Origin: Zygnema circumcarinatum SAG 698-1b
Taxonomy: Eukaryota > Plantae > Zygnematophyceae
Assembly: GCA_037447605.1 (NCBI GenBank)
Contig: CM074810.1
Location: forward strand, 2,576,880-2,640,879
Length of the DNA: 64,000 nucleotides
Reading direction: 5' to 3'
The position numbers and the translations under genes are program-made. Positions 11,429 to 28,597 of the stretch are shown here, piece after piece. The notes below the pieces were generated by a model. The model was not told the origin of the DNA, made no database searches, and saw only the letters and a program-made list of their open reading frames with translations. Each line of letters starts with the position of its first letter. Position 1 is the stretch's first letter.

Positions 11429-13736
11429 CTATCTGGTGGATCCACATGGAGCTCCTCCTGAACCCAAAACCCCCCCATGACACAAGTGTCAGTTTGACAA
11501 ATCCTAAACCGGCTGCCCATATTCAGTAGGAATTAAGCTTAACTTAATAAACACAATGCGTACTGACCATGTCCTCAGCAAATTCCTTTTCATGTTTTGT
11601 TCGCCAAATAACTTCCGAACTTTTTGGGGCTCAAACCCTAACACCCCCCACCTGAGACTTGACCCGAGAAAGGTCAAACTTCATCAACATCAACATTACT
11701 CTCATCATCAAAATTCAAAACCCACCAAGTCACAAGAGAACATCATCCAATGTAGGGTTCAAACCCTAACCCTAACCCTAACCCTAACCCTAACCCTAAC
11801 CCTAACCCTAACCCTAACCCTAACCCTAACCCTAACCCTAACCCTAACCCTAACCCTAACCCTAACGTAACCCTAACCCTAACCCTAACCCTAACCCTAA
11901 CCCTAACCTAACCCTAACCCTAACCCTAACGTAACCCTAACCCTAACCCTAACCCTAACCCTAACCCTAACCCTAACCCTAACCCTAACCCTAACCCTAA
12001 CCCTAACCCTAACCTAACCCTAACCCTAACCCTAACGTAACCCTAACCCTAACCCTAACCCTAACCCTAACCCTAACCCTAACCCCCCTCCCACCTGAGA
12101 CTTGGCCCGAAACGGCGGCGGTGTTGATGAGTTTGTCGGCGGAGGCGGTTGCCTTGAGCACGCAGGTCGCGGCCCGCGGTCCGCTGCGCGCGTACTCGAT
12201 GGCCGCACACTTGGGGGCGGACCGGCACTGCGCGCAGCACGCCTCCTTGGAGGCCACCCCCGCCGTTGACTTCAGGTCAACGCCCCCAAGATGCGCGAAG
12301 CTCGGTTCGTAGCTGCACGTCTTGGACGAGGCTGCACTCGCAATATGTCAACAATGTTGAAATTGGTGAAACTTGGACGGATTTTAGGGTTAGTTACATC
12401 ACGGTCGTCGACTGAGATTACTACGAGACTTTAGGGTTTTTAGGGTTTGAAGTGTGAGTTTCAGAGTAGAGTGTTGAGATGAGCTGTACCGGAATAGGTT
12501 GCGGAGATAACGTTCGGGTCGGCAATGCGGTCGGTGAGAGCGAACTTGAGGTCGCAGTTTCCCGCTTTGGGCCCCGCGGGGAAGAACGAGAAGCCGACGC
12601 ATTTGGTGGTGGCCGTGCACCAATAGCAGCAGCTCTCCTTGTTGGCGATGTCGGGAAATGTGGAAATCGTGAAGCGGGGGTTGTACTCATATCCGCTCTC
12701 AAACGTGCATGTTCCTGCACGACTCACAAACTATCTTCAATTTGTTGAACAGCAAAAAAACCAACAATGGATAGCACGAGCATAAGCACATAAATATCCA
12801 ACAAATTCCAAAGCTTGCATTGGAACTTTGGAAGTCCTCGTTACTAATAACCACCTAGGACGATGCAGTTATTATGAATTATAGTAACCTGCTGCATGTA
12901 ACGTCAGCAAAAAGCAACAGCCCCCAGCAATCCTTAGTCCTCCCTTGCAAGGACCCGCCGATTGCATGTGCGATGACGCAACAGTTGCGGTGTGCGCACA
13001 GTCTCGGTCCTCACCTGTAGCCACAGCGGTGGTGGCGCTAGCGTCCGGTTCGGGCGTGCCGATATCCTTTTTCATGAAGCACGTTTTCGCGTTGGGACCG
13101 CTCACATAGAACGTGACCGCCTGGCAGCCCTCCACGTGGCGGCACCGCAGACAGCACTCCTCGCGGCTGTCCGCGGGCGCGGGACTGCCCCAATCGCCGC
13201 CGGGTATGCGCACGCCCTCCAGATACGTGCACCCTGTCGTCAACTCAAGTCAACAACTCAAGTCTAATCAAGTCAAGTCCAGTCAAGGCAAGTCCAGTCA
13301 AGGCAAGTCAAGTCCAGTCAAGGCAAGGCAAGGCAAGGCAAGGCAAGCTAAGTGAAGTTTGAAGTGTAGACATGTCATCCCAAGTCAAGTCAAGCTTAGT
13401 GAAGTGAAGTAGAGCATGTCACATCAAGTCAAGTCAAGCGTAGTGAGTTAAGTAGAGACATGTCATATCAAGTCAAGTCAAGTCAAATCAAGATTGGTGA
13501 AGTTAAATAGAGACATGCCATGCCAAAACGAAGTAAGTGAAGTGAAAGTGAAAATAAACCTCGTAGCATTTGAATTAGGTTCGAATTCGAAAAACATGAT
13601 TTAGTTCATAGATGTTGAATCCTGAAAGGTTCCAGAGGGGCTGTGGCGCAGAGCCCTCACCCTGTGCGACTATTGCCGTCAACACCAAAAATTGCAGAAA
13701 TGTGGCACCGAAAACGAAGGACGCGGAAGAAGTCAT
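11429..13736 (-). CDS. Secreted protein with three PAN/Apple domains (paralogue B), about 261 aa
   Basis: Exons 13736-13661 (signal peptide MTSSASFVFGATFLQFLVLTAIVAQ), 13233-13015, 12714-12490, 12331-12095 (6-Cys Apple domains, e.g. CCLRCRHVEGCQAVTF...CFMK) and a probable terminal exon 11457-11429 (GGAPCGSTR*). All introns phase 1, GT-AG. Confidence 0.88.
11762..12083 (+). repeat. Interstitial telomere-type array (TAACCC)n inside the last intron of PAN gene B
   Basis: About 320 bp of near-perfect TAACCC with recurring TAACG (G at 11867, 11931, 12037) and TAACC variants. Confidence 0.97.
13240..13545 (+). repeat. Pentanucleotide (CAAGT/CAAGG)n repeat in intron 1 of PAN gene B
   Basis: tcaagtcaag / gcaaggcaag units interleaved with an agtagagacatgtca-like motif. 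Confidence 0.8.
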
Positions 13737-14912
13737 CGAACCCAAATCCACTCTTTTCCTTTGTTAATTTTTTCCCGGGCAGCCAAACTCTCGTTCTCTG
13801 TCGAAAACAGTGACATGTAACGCCACGTCAGCCTTAAACCACGCCTTTATTTGTAGCACTGTCTCCCCAATATCCCCACCGACAATGGAACCCAAAAAGA
13901 AAGGAAAAAAGAAAAAAACCCACGGGGCTGCAGTCCGTTACCACTGAACCTGCACGCGGAAGGGCCCTCTCCTCCAACTCCAAAGCTCTTGCTCTTTCCT
14001 TCTGATCTCTTACTCCCTCCTCTCTCCCTCTCACACTCTCTCCCGCTCCCTTTCTCACTATATTTCACTCGCACTCACTCTCACGCTCACTCTCCTCCCG
14101 TGTCTTTCTCCCTCACCCACTCTCTCTCCCTCTCCCTCTCCGTCTCCCTCTAGTTTTCTGCCCTGTTCGCTGCGAGCAAGCGGAGCCGCCGCTTTTTATC
14201 CTCTGCGCCGCCGCCGCCGCGTTATCCCTACGTCCGTACAGCCATCCGTCCATTCATACGGACGTACAGTACTGTACAGTACAGTACAGTACTGTAGCTA
14301 TAAGTAGGGGCCGTACAATTGCAGCGTCCCCACGCGGCCGACGGCGGCCGGCAGGCGGCCGGCAGGCGGCAGCGGCGGGACCCAACCGTCCAACGGTCAG
14401 CGCCACTGGCCGGCTGCCGGCCGCCGCCGGCCGGTAGAACTGTACGAAATGCAGGCGGCCGGCGGTTGGGGCCCCACCAGTTGGGCCAATGGGACAAATA
14501 TCGTCTGGTTAGCATCGAAACAGAGTCATTTTGATTCTGTATTTTTTGTCGTTTTTGACGTCGTCTGTTTTTCGCTTCTTTGACTTTTTTTCGTCCAGTT
14601 AAACATTGAACAATCAATTCCCAGTCGAGTTCACTTTCGATTTACTTTTGCTTCCAGCGATCATGAATGAGATTTTGGCAAATCGCAAAGCGTTCATGGC
14701 CGCCCGGCGGGCCCTGTCGCGAGGTATTTTATTCGTACTTTTTGTTCAGCGGAATAGCGTGACCCATGTTTTGAAACCCGTTTCGATTAACAGGTTTTGT
14801 ATTGAAAAATAGGTCAGGTTAGGTTAACACCCCTACTACATTAACACAGACTTCCCGTACTAAAAGTAGTTTCGGCAAAATCAGGGCGAATTTCTTAGGA
14901 AACGCAAGTATT

Positions 14913-15113
14913 AGGGGGAGTCAGACTTGACCATCGCTTACGAAATTCCCGAATTCCTTATACTAAATGGCACTTCTTTCGTGTACGAATTCCGGGTCGG
15001 GATCCGCGGCTCCGCCGTACCCAGCCGTACCGAAATGGGTACCTAGCCAATGCTTAATTCCCCCGACAGGCTTACGAAATTGATTTGGCGATGGTCAAGG
15101 TCTGACTCCCCCT
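14913..15113. mobile_element. PIF/Harbinger-type MITE (AWT TSD), copy 1
   Basis: TIR AGGGGGAGTCAGAC(C)TTGACCATCGC at both ends. Flanking ATT at 14910-14912 and 15114-15116. A related element lies at 48548-48706. Confidence 0.72.
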
Positions 15114-15887
15114 ATTTGGGTGGAAAATATTAGGGGTGCTTAATGTAACGAATGCCGTCGTACGGGACAAAAACGATCCCTAAACGACGCAAAAATCGGA
15201 GGGGTCGTTTCAGAATTTATTCAAAACCACTACTTCTATTTGTGATTGAAATGCTCATTTTTGTCAGAAAAGTACTATTTTCAACTTAATCAAAATTGAG
15301 ATTTTTTCAAGAAATTGATTAGCCCTATTGGCTATTGCGTTTCTTAATATACCACCTTTACTCTTAAATTGCTCAGCTCAGCTCCTTTATTGTCGCGTCC
15401 AACCGCCATAAAAAACGGTTGGTATCCTCCACTTTCTGGTCGGTAATATTTGTCGTTATCGATAGCTGCGCCCTTTCCTAAATACCACCGTACAAAGTTT
15501 GACCATCTTCAGTAAAGACAAACCAGCAGCCGGCCACTTGCTGGCCGCCGATTTTGGCCACCGGCCGGCGAAGTTTCGCCGACTGACCCTCTGGGCCGCA
15601 GGGATGCGCCAAAGGACCCAACGACCGCATATTTTCGTACAGTGTACGAATGCCCGAAGTCTCAAATGGGCCAATGGTCTGAGGCCACGCGTCCTCCCTA
15701 CAAGTCTGTTCCGAGGGCTACTGGACACGTGTCCACTATCTTCGTCGGCCACTGGCAAATGACCGCCATTCGACACACGTGCGACGTTGACCGTACATTG
15801 GTCGCATGGCGCCCCTCTATATGAGCAGTCGCCGGCGGCCTCCGTCAGCCGACAGTGCGCTCCGACTCTCCCCTGAGTCCATCCCTA

Positions 15888-15920
<33 letters not shown>

Positions 15921-16049
15921 CCTCTCTCGCTCTCTCTCTCTCTCTCTATCTCTCACTCTCTCTTTCTCTCTCTCTCTCCCTCTCTCTCTCTGACTCTCTC
16001 TCTCTCTTACCTCTATCCCTCTCTTCTTCCACTTCTCCCTTCACTCGCA

Positions 16050-18051
<2,002 letters not shown>

Positions 18052-18816
18052 AGCAATCCGGGCGAGAATTGGAGCCCTTAAAGGGCTCTGTACTCCCTCT
18101 GTACTCTCGCACAGCTTCAATATGACGTACCTCATAAGGCTCCTACTAGAGAATAATCGGAGTTAAGGGTGCTTTAGAATTATTAGTATTATGAGGACGA
18201 GGTTTGGGTCAAAGCTGAGCCTGAAGCGCTCCTCTTGAGTGAAAACTTGCCAGTTTTAGGAAGAAAGGGCGGAGGGATCATAGTCAGAGAAAAATCTTGC
18301 TTAGTGTTCCCTCCTATGAGCAGATTTCGAGACTTGCTTTGAAATCTTTTATAACACTTGTTTAATTCAAATGAAGGATATTTCACTTTCCTTCAACCGT
18401 GAAAAATGCTGGATGAGTACAATTTGTTGAAAATTAGCACCTTCAAGAAGAGAAGAGCACAATCTTTGAACCCTTCTTTTTGAGTAGAAATTAAAGTGAG
18501 CTGCGAAGTGTTTTCTTGGCCCTTCATTGCAAAGCTCTTAGAGTTTGGGTCCTCCAGGCGGCCCCACACGCGATGGAGCATGAAAACATGGAAGCTGTAC
18601 GGAATCCTAGGGAGGCTCCTCCTCCTGTCCGTACAGCCAGTAGGGCATCGTCGAAAGAGACAAATTGGATGGGTACGATCAATCCAAAGCCTCCACGTGG
18701 ACATCAGCCAATGACACGTTGACACGTCGACTGGCTGCCACCTTCTCGAAAAGTACAAAAAATATAGTACCTCACCAAGAAAAGTACAGAATCAGTACCT
18801 CACTTCGATCCGCTTC

Positions 18817-18824
18817 TATAAAAA
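18817..18824 (+). promoter_or_regulatory. Candidate TATA box of F-box/Kelch gene E
   Basis: TATAAAAA about 45 nt upstream of the ATG at 18864. Confidence 0.45.
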
Positions 18825-18863
18825 GTGCGTCCCTTTTTGACGACTTCAACTTTCGCTGGAAAA

Positions 18864-20619
18864 ATGGCGGAAGGCGAAGTCCCGCCACGTGTCGCGCCCC
18901 TAGAGGCCCTCCTCCCGGGTCTCCCGGACGACGTGGCGCTCCACGTGGTCGCCCGCGTGCCACGTGGTGAGCTCCCCCTGACGCGCCACGTGTCGCGCGC
19001 ATGGCGGGCGTCCGTACGGTCCGTACGGCTGTACGCGGTGCGGAGGGAGCTCGGGCTCGCGGAGCCGTGGCTGTACGCGCTCACGGAGGAGCCACGTGGC
19101 GCGCCCTTCCACGTGTACGACCCGCAGCGTGACACGTGGCACGCGGGGCCGCCCATGGGCGGCGAGGGCGCAGGGGAGGGCTTCGCATGCGCCGCCGCGA
19201 ACGGAAAACTGTTCGTCCTGGGCGGCACATGGAACGGTAGGGAACGGCCGGGCTGCTGCAGGACTTAGGGTTTCAGATTTTGGGGTTTTGGGGTTTTCAG
19301 GGTTCAGGGGTTTGGAAATAGTTTTTTGGGTTTTTGGGATATTGAGGGTTTTTTGGGGTCCAGGGGTCGACTGCGTCAAAACTTGTAGGTCCCCCATTTT
19401 TTGGTTTTTTCTTTAAACTTGAGTTTCCGAAATTCTGTGTTTGAAAGTATGTCGGGTTTTCAGGTTTTTGGAATTTGTGGGTTATTTGTGGGGTTGTCGG
19501 GGTTTGGGGATTTCAGGGTTTTATGGTTTTTCGGGTTTTGGGGTTTTGAGGGATGTAGATTTTTTAAGCTTTTGGGGTTTTGGCAGCTTTTGGGGTTCAG
19601 TTTTTTTAGGGTACTTTCTTTCTCCGCCCCCTTCCTCCTCTCTAATTCTTCCTCCTAACATTTTGTTTATTCATTTTTTTTCATTTTTCCTTTCCCTTCC
19701 AGGTGAGATCACCGCAGACGTGCGATTTTTCGACCCCATTACAAATAAATGGGGTTTAGCGGCTCCGATGACGTCAGCACGAGCATTCTTCGGCTGCTCA
19801 GTGATAGCCGACCGCGTCTACGTGACAGGCGGCAGAGACGACACAACCATCCTCAAATCTGCGGAGGTGAGGATAAGATTCGCTGCTTAGCCCTAATTGT
19901 CTCTCTTTCCCCCTCATCCTCTGTCTCTTCCTGTCTGTCTCTCTCCCTCTCTCTGTCCCCTTCTCTCCCCTTCTCTCTCCCTCTCTCTCTCTCCCTCTCT
20001 CTCCCCCCCTCTCTCGCTCCTCTCTCTTTCCCCCCTATCTCTCTCCCCCTCACTCTCACCCCCTCTTCCCCCCCTCTCTCTCTCCCCCCCACTCTCTCCC
20101 CCACTCTCTCTTCCCCCCTCTCTCTCACCCCCCTTCTCTCTCCCCCCTTCTCTCTTCCTTCCCCCCATCACCCTCTTTCCCTCTCTCCCTCTCTCTCTGT
20201 CTATTTCCCACTACTTTTGTTCTCCTATGATATCTCCATACTACACCCCCCCCCCCTCTCGAATTTTTGCATTGTCTTCTCCGTCTCTTAAGGGAAAAAG
20301 AAAAATTTCCATCTAAACTTCTGTTCCGTTATGTTCCGTTCCTTTGTTGAGGCCAAAAAAGATAACACGAATTGAAATTGGGTGAGTGGTTGTGAAGGTC
20401 TATGTAGCGGAGGAGGATCGGTGGGAGCCAATAGCAAGCATGGAAATGGCGAGGGCGGGCCACAGTTCCGTTGTAATGGACGGAAAACTGTGGGCCCTTG
20501 GAGGAGGCTACGGGCACATGGATCTGCCCACGCAGTCAACGGTCAGGTCAACGGAACGGTTTTGTCCCAAACTGGGCACATGGTGCCTCGTTGAAGACAC
20601 AGGGCTGGGAAACAATAAA
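18864..20619 (+). CDS. Plant-type F-box/Kelch-repeat protein (paralogue E), 3'-incomplete
   Basis: Exons 18864-19236, 19703-19866, 20398-20619 match exons 1-3 of paralogue D with identical intron positions and phases. No exon-4 homologue is visible, and an N gap follows at 20738-20747. Confidence 0.9.
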
Positions 20620-20747
20620 GTGAGTCCTTTTACTTTTCAATATCTTGTCTTTTTTAACCAAAAAAAGTGGTGAGAAATCTGGTATTGAGTTGAGATTTTG
20701 TTGATCTTGGTATTGGGTTTTTTTTTTTTTTTTTTTTNNNNNNNNNN

Positions 20748-21040
20748 GTTTAGGGATTAGGGGTTAGGGTTTAGGGTTTAGGGGTTAGGGGTTAGGGTTT
20801 AGGGGTTAGGGTTTAGGGTTTAGGGTTTAGGGTTTAGGATGTAAGGGTTAGGGTTTAGGGGTTAGGGTTTAGGGGTTAGGGTTTAGGGGTTAGGGTTTAG
20901 GGGTGAGGGTTAGGGGTTAGGGGTTAGGGTTTAGGGTTAAGGGGTTAGGGGTTAGGGTTTAGGGGTTAGGGTTTAGGATTTAGGGGTCAGGGTCTAGGGT
21001 TTAGCGTTGTAGGGGTTAGGGTTCAGTGTGTTAGGCTTTA
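20748..21040 (+). repeat. Mixed TTAGGG/TTTAGGG/TTAGGGG telomere-like array right after an assembly gap
   Basis: G-rich strand on plus, decaying into unique sequence towards 21050. Confidence 0.93.
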
Positions 21041-21910
21041 GGAATTAGGATTTTGGGTTTATAGGGTGTTGAGGTTCTGGAGATTTTGGGTTTTGGTGTG
21101 TAAAGGTGTGTATCTAGCCAAAAAAGGTGTGTAAATAGTAATTCCCCAAAAAAAAAAAACTTGTTCGGATAAAAAAAAAATTATGCAAAATATCCAACGG
21201 TGGATCTGGCCCTAAAATCGGAAGCCGCATTTTTTATTGGAAGATGGACGGTCGCGATTTCGCCTCATGTCGGTGACCAAGTCGCCCCAAACAGACAAAA
21301 CGTTTTTTATTCTGCCCGTTTGAACGGTCAATCCTCGTCAGAAACTTTGACTGCCACGTGGCAACTTTTTACAGAACCGAGGATTAAAAAAAAAAAATCT
21401 CTGAGCCAATTATACAATGTCACAAGTGTCACGTGGTGGACTCGGATTGGTTTCCATAGAACAAAGATATTTTCGAGAAAAAAATTCACAACGAAAATTA
21501 CATACCTGCCACGTGGCGTCTCCTCCGGTCAACGGTCGCGCCTGTCGCGTGCCGGCAGAGAGTCGTCGTTCGTACAGTTTCAGGTCGCATGTACAACTGA
21601 CACGACTGAACGTGTACGAATCCAAGGCCAGCTGGGCGGTAGGCAACGGATAGTGTACGAATCCAGCAGCAAAAAGGTACCGGAAGTCACATAACCAACT
21701 AGGGCAAACGGAGGCACGGGCGGACCTGCAGAAGGGGCATAGGGGGGGAGGGTGGGATAGAGGGAGGGGAGGGGAAGGGAGAGGGAGAGAGGAAGTGAGA
21801 GAGGGAGAGGGGGAGGAAGTGAGAGGGGGAGAGCGGGGGAGAGGGGGAGGGAGGGAGAGAGAGAGGGAGAGAGCGGGAGAGAGAGAGACAGGCATTTTTT
21901 CTTCCTCGGC

Positions 21911-25506
<3,596 letters not shown>

Positions 25507-27047
25507 GAGGGGGGGAGTGAGAGAGTGCGAGAGAGAGAGAGAGGGAGGACAAAGGAGAGAGAGGAGAGGAGAGGAGGGAGGAGTGTGAGGGAGAGAAAGA
25601 TAGGTCCACCCTACAAACCCTCAAGACTCCATGATCTTGAGTAGTTGAAGTTTCCGTTTGCGGTTTGCTGCAGGGTAGAGGCACATCTGTACAGATTTGG
25701 GTGTTTTGGGATGTGAAGATGCAAACAGGCACAGGCCGGGGCTAGGGAGGGAATGGGAGTCACATGTGCGGCATTGTTACGGAATCAGTTGCGCTAATTG
25801 TGGACTGTTGAAATTTGGGTTCAGTTTGTTGCTCCAGATTTTTGTTCCGTGTGGGGTTCCTTATTGAAGGGGGAAATTTGGATGAGCGTGTTTGTGGGAG
25901 GGGAAAGAGGGAGGGGGAGGGGGAGAGGGAGTGGAGAATGGATTAAAGCGGAAACTAGATGGGAGGTAGACGGAGGGGGAGAGGGAGGGAGTGGGAGGGA
26001 GAGGGAGGTAGAGGGAAAAGGAGAGGAGATAAGGAGGGATAAGGAAAAGGAGAGGAGAGGGGAAGTAGAGTATAGGGAGCGGGAGGTAAAGGGATAGAGA
26101 GGGCCTTGCTTAGGAAGGCCTCAACTAATAGTTAAATTTAAAAAAAAAAAAAAAACTATTTGGCGGCTATAATTGTGTTATTCTTTTGTCGTATAGCTAG
26201 GAGTCTTTTTCGTTTGTTAAAAATATCACTGTCAAATTTCAAACTTGGAAATTGATGCATTTTTTCTCTGTAAAACCCTGAACCCTCCTCCGTACATATG
26301 CCTTCCCGTCCACTTGGGGGGGGGGTTAGGGGTTTAGGGGATAGGGGTTTTAGGCCCCACAACTGACTATAGGTCCGATGCGATATATTATCAGAGTATG
26401 AAGGACAATGTTGACATTGTGCGATCAACAACATGTCTAGGCTTCGCTATCGGTAGCTCCCTGCGTACACGCAGTTGCGTTGTACGGATTGTTTTGTCGT
26501 TTACAAACCAGCTCGTTCATCAACTCCGAGCGTCAGACAGCCGGCAGGAATTAAAAGCACCGGCAGCGACACCGGCTATGTCTGGCCGTCTTTCGTCCGA
26601 TACGCCGACGATATCGAGGTATATCTGCCACATAGAAAGGTCAAGTGGTCGGTGGCTCCTTATTGGTCGTCTGGCTCTGCGTGGTGACCTTAGCGATCTG
26701 TCCGGTGTGAATGTAGCGTCGAACTGCGCGCGTTTCCTTTAGAAAGTTGTTAACGGCCGAGAACGGCTGTGCTTCTTGAAAGGCTGAGTGACGTCATATG
26801 ACGGTCAACTAGAGAACTGCGCCAGGTGGCACACGATCATTAGCTGCGGGAGCTACGTTTAGCGTAATAGCGTGTTCTTAATGTTTTGACTAGGGCGTAC
26901 GGACGGACAGGCTGCCGTGCTGAATACGCGGGAGAAAGCCCTCGTGGTTTAGCTCTTCAAAGTTTGTGTGGGAGGGAGGGAGGGAGGGAGGGAGGAGGGA
27001 GGAGGGAGGAGGGAGGAGGGAGGAGGGAGGAGGGAGGNNNNNNNNNN

Positions 27048-28437
27048 GGAGGGAGGGAGGGAGGGAGGGAGGAGGGAGAGGGAGGGAGAGGGAGTCAGTC
27101 TCGCACCTCCAACCTGAAAGAGCGTCTCTCTCAGCGAGAGAGGGTTTTGAGCGCTCTGAGAAACCTTGCGGACTCAGCGAGGAGGAGCAGTGAATCCATG
27201 GAGGTGGAGGGAGAGAGGGAGAGGGAGGCGGGGGAGGGAGAGGACCGCTTTCATGCCCTGAACGACGAAGCTCTTTTAAATGTGCTAGCAAATCTGTCGC
27301 ATCCGCTCGACCTTGCAGCCGCCATGGCGGTCTGCAGGCGCTGCTTCGTCCTCGGTGAGTGGGAGGGAGGGAGGGAGGGAGTGAGGAAGGAAGGGACGGA
27401 TAGGGAGAGAGAGGGGGGGAGGCAGAAAGAGAGGCAAAGTGGGAGAAGGGGGGCGGGAGAGGGGAAGTGTGGGGGATTATGAGAAGGATGTTCAGGAGGG
27501 AGGAGGGAACGGGAGGAGGGGTAGGGTAGATTGTGCGGGTGGGAAGAGAGTGTGGAATAAGATAGAGGTGCGAAGGAGGGAGAAAGAAATATATATAGTG
27601 AAAGAGAGAGACAGAGACAGAGACAGAGTGAGAGAGCGGGAGAAAAGGGGGTTTGGGGAGAGGGGTGCTGACCCAAGTCATTCATCTCCATGTCGAATTG
27701 CAGGTGTTGAGGGCCAGCTCTGGAGGTCCCTATGCATGAGGCTGTCCCCCTCCGACGCCCTCAACAGAGTGATCGGCTTTCAACCTTCTCTCTCCCTCTC
27801 CCTCTCCTCCCATCCCCCTCTCCCTCCCACATATCCCACCACTCGAACTCGTTTCAAATGCTGTCGAATCACCCCACTTCAAATTAGTGTCCTTTTTCAG
27901 AATATGGACAGTGCAAGTTCCGTAGGATCAAGTTCTGGAAGCGACCCTTGTCCTTCTTCTTCTTCTTCTTCTTCATCATCCTCTTCTCAAAGCTCTCAGG
28001 ACTTTCTCTTTCAAAAACTAAGGATGGAATCGCAGGCGTTCGCTGCACTTGCGTGGCAGTTAGTCGCTCCGCCGCGGGGAACGGCAAACTGTATCCGTTA
28101 CGCGTTACATGCGTCCAGTACGGATCATTATCCGGAGGAGAGCATAGAACAGACGTTACAGTTTCCGTCAAAGGACTGCCATTGGTCGAGCAAAGGATTG
28201 GAAGATTCGGAGCACCTGGAAACTTTGACGTACGAACTTGAAACTCCAGTTTGTGTGGTGAGTCCTTTTTGGGTCTAATTTGGGTTTCAAATTTCTGGTG
28301 TGGCAAATTAGCCAGATTATGGGTCAAGTCAAGTCAAGTCACTGCCAAATTCAAATTGCCAGCTGGGGGTCCTGACTGCGTACATTATTATGCTTATTTT
28401 GCGTAAAATTCCAGAAATTTAATAATATTTGTATTAT
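27048..28437 (+). other. Apparent exact duplicate of 28448-29837 (5' half of F-box F2) bounded by N gaps; probable assembly overlap
   Basis: 1390 bp that reads identically to 28448-29837, with 10-N gaps at 27038-27047 and 28438-28447. It contains F2 exons 1-3 only. Confidence 0.85.
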
Positions 28438-28597
28438 NNNNNNNNNNGGAGGGAGGGAGGGAGGGAGGGAGGAGGGAGAGGGAGGGAGAGGGAGTCAGTC
28501 TCGCACCTCCAACCTGAAAGAGCGTCTCTCTCAGCGAGAGAGGGTTTTGAGCGCTCTGAGAAACCTTGCGGACTCAGCGAGGAGGAGCAGTGAATCC

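Noticed and set aside
14824-15146. Outer inverted pair TTAACACCCCTA / TAGGGGTGCTTAA around the Harbinger MITE
   Set aside because: The match is short and imperfect with no convincing TSD, so I cannot support a second element.
20748-21040. Possible chromosome end or telomere fusion at the gap
   Set aside because: The G-rich strand is on plus at a contig start, the wrong polarity for a left chromosome end, and similar arrays occur inside intact introns elsewhere.
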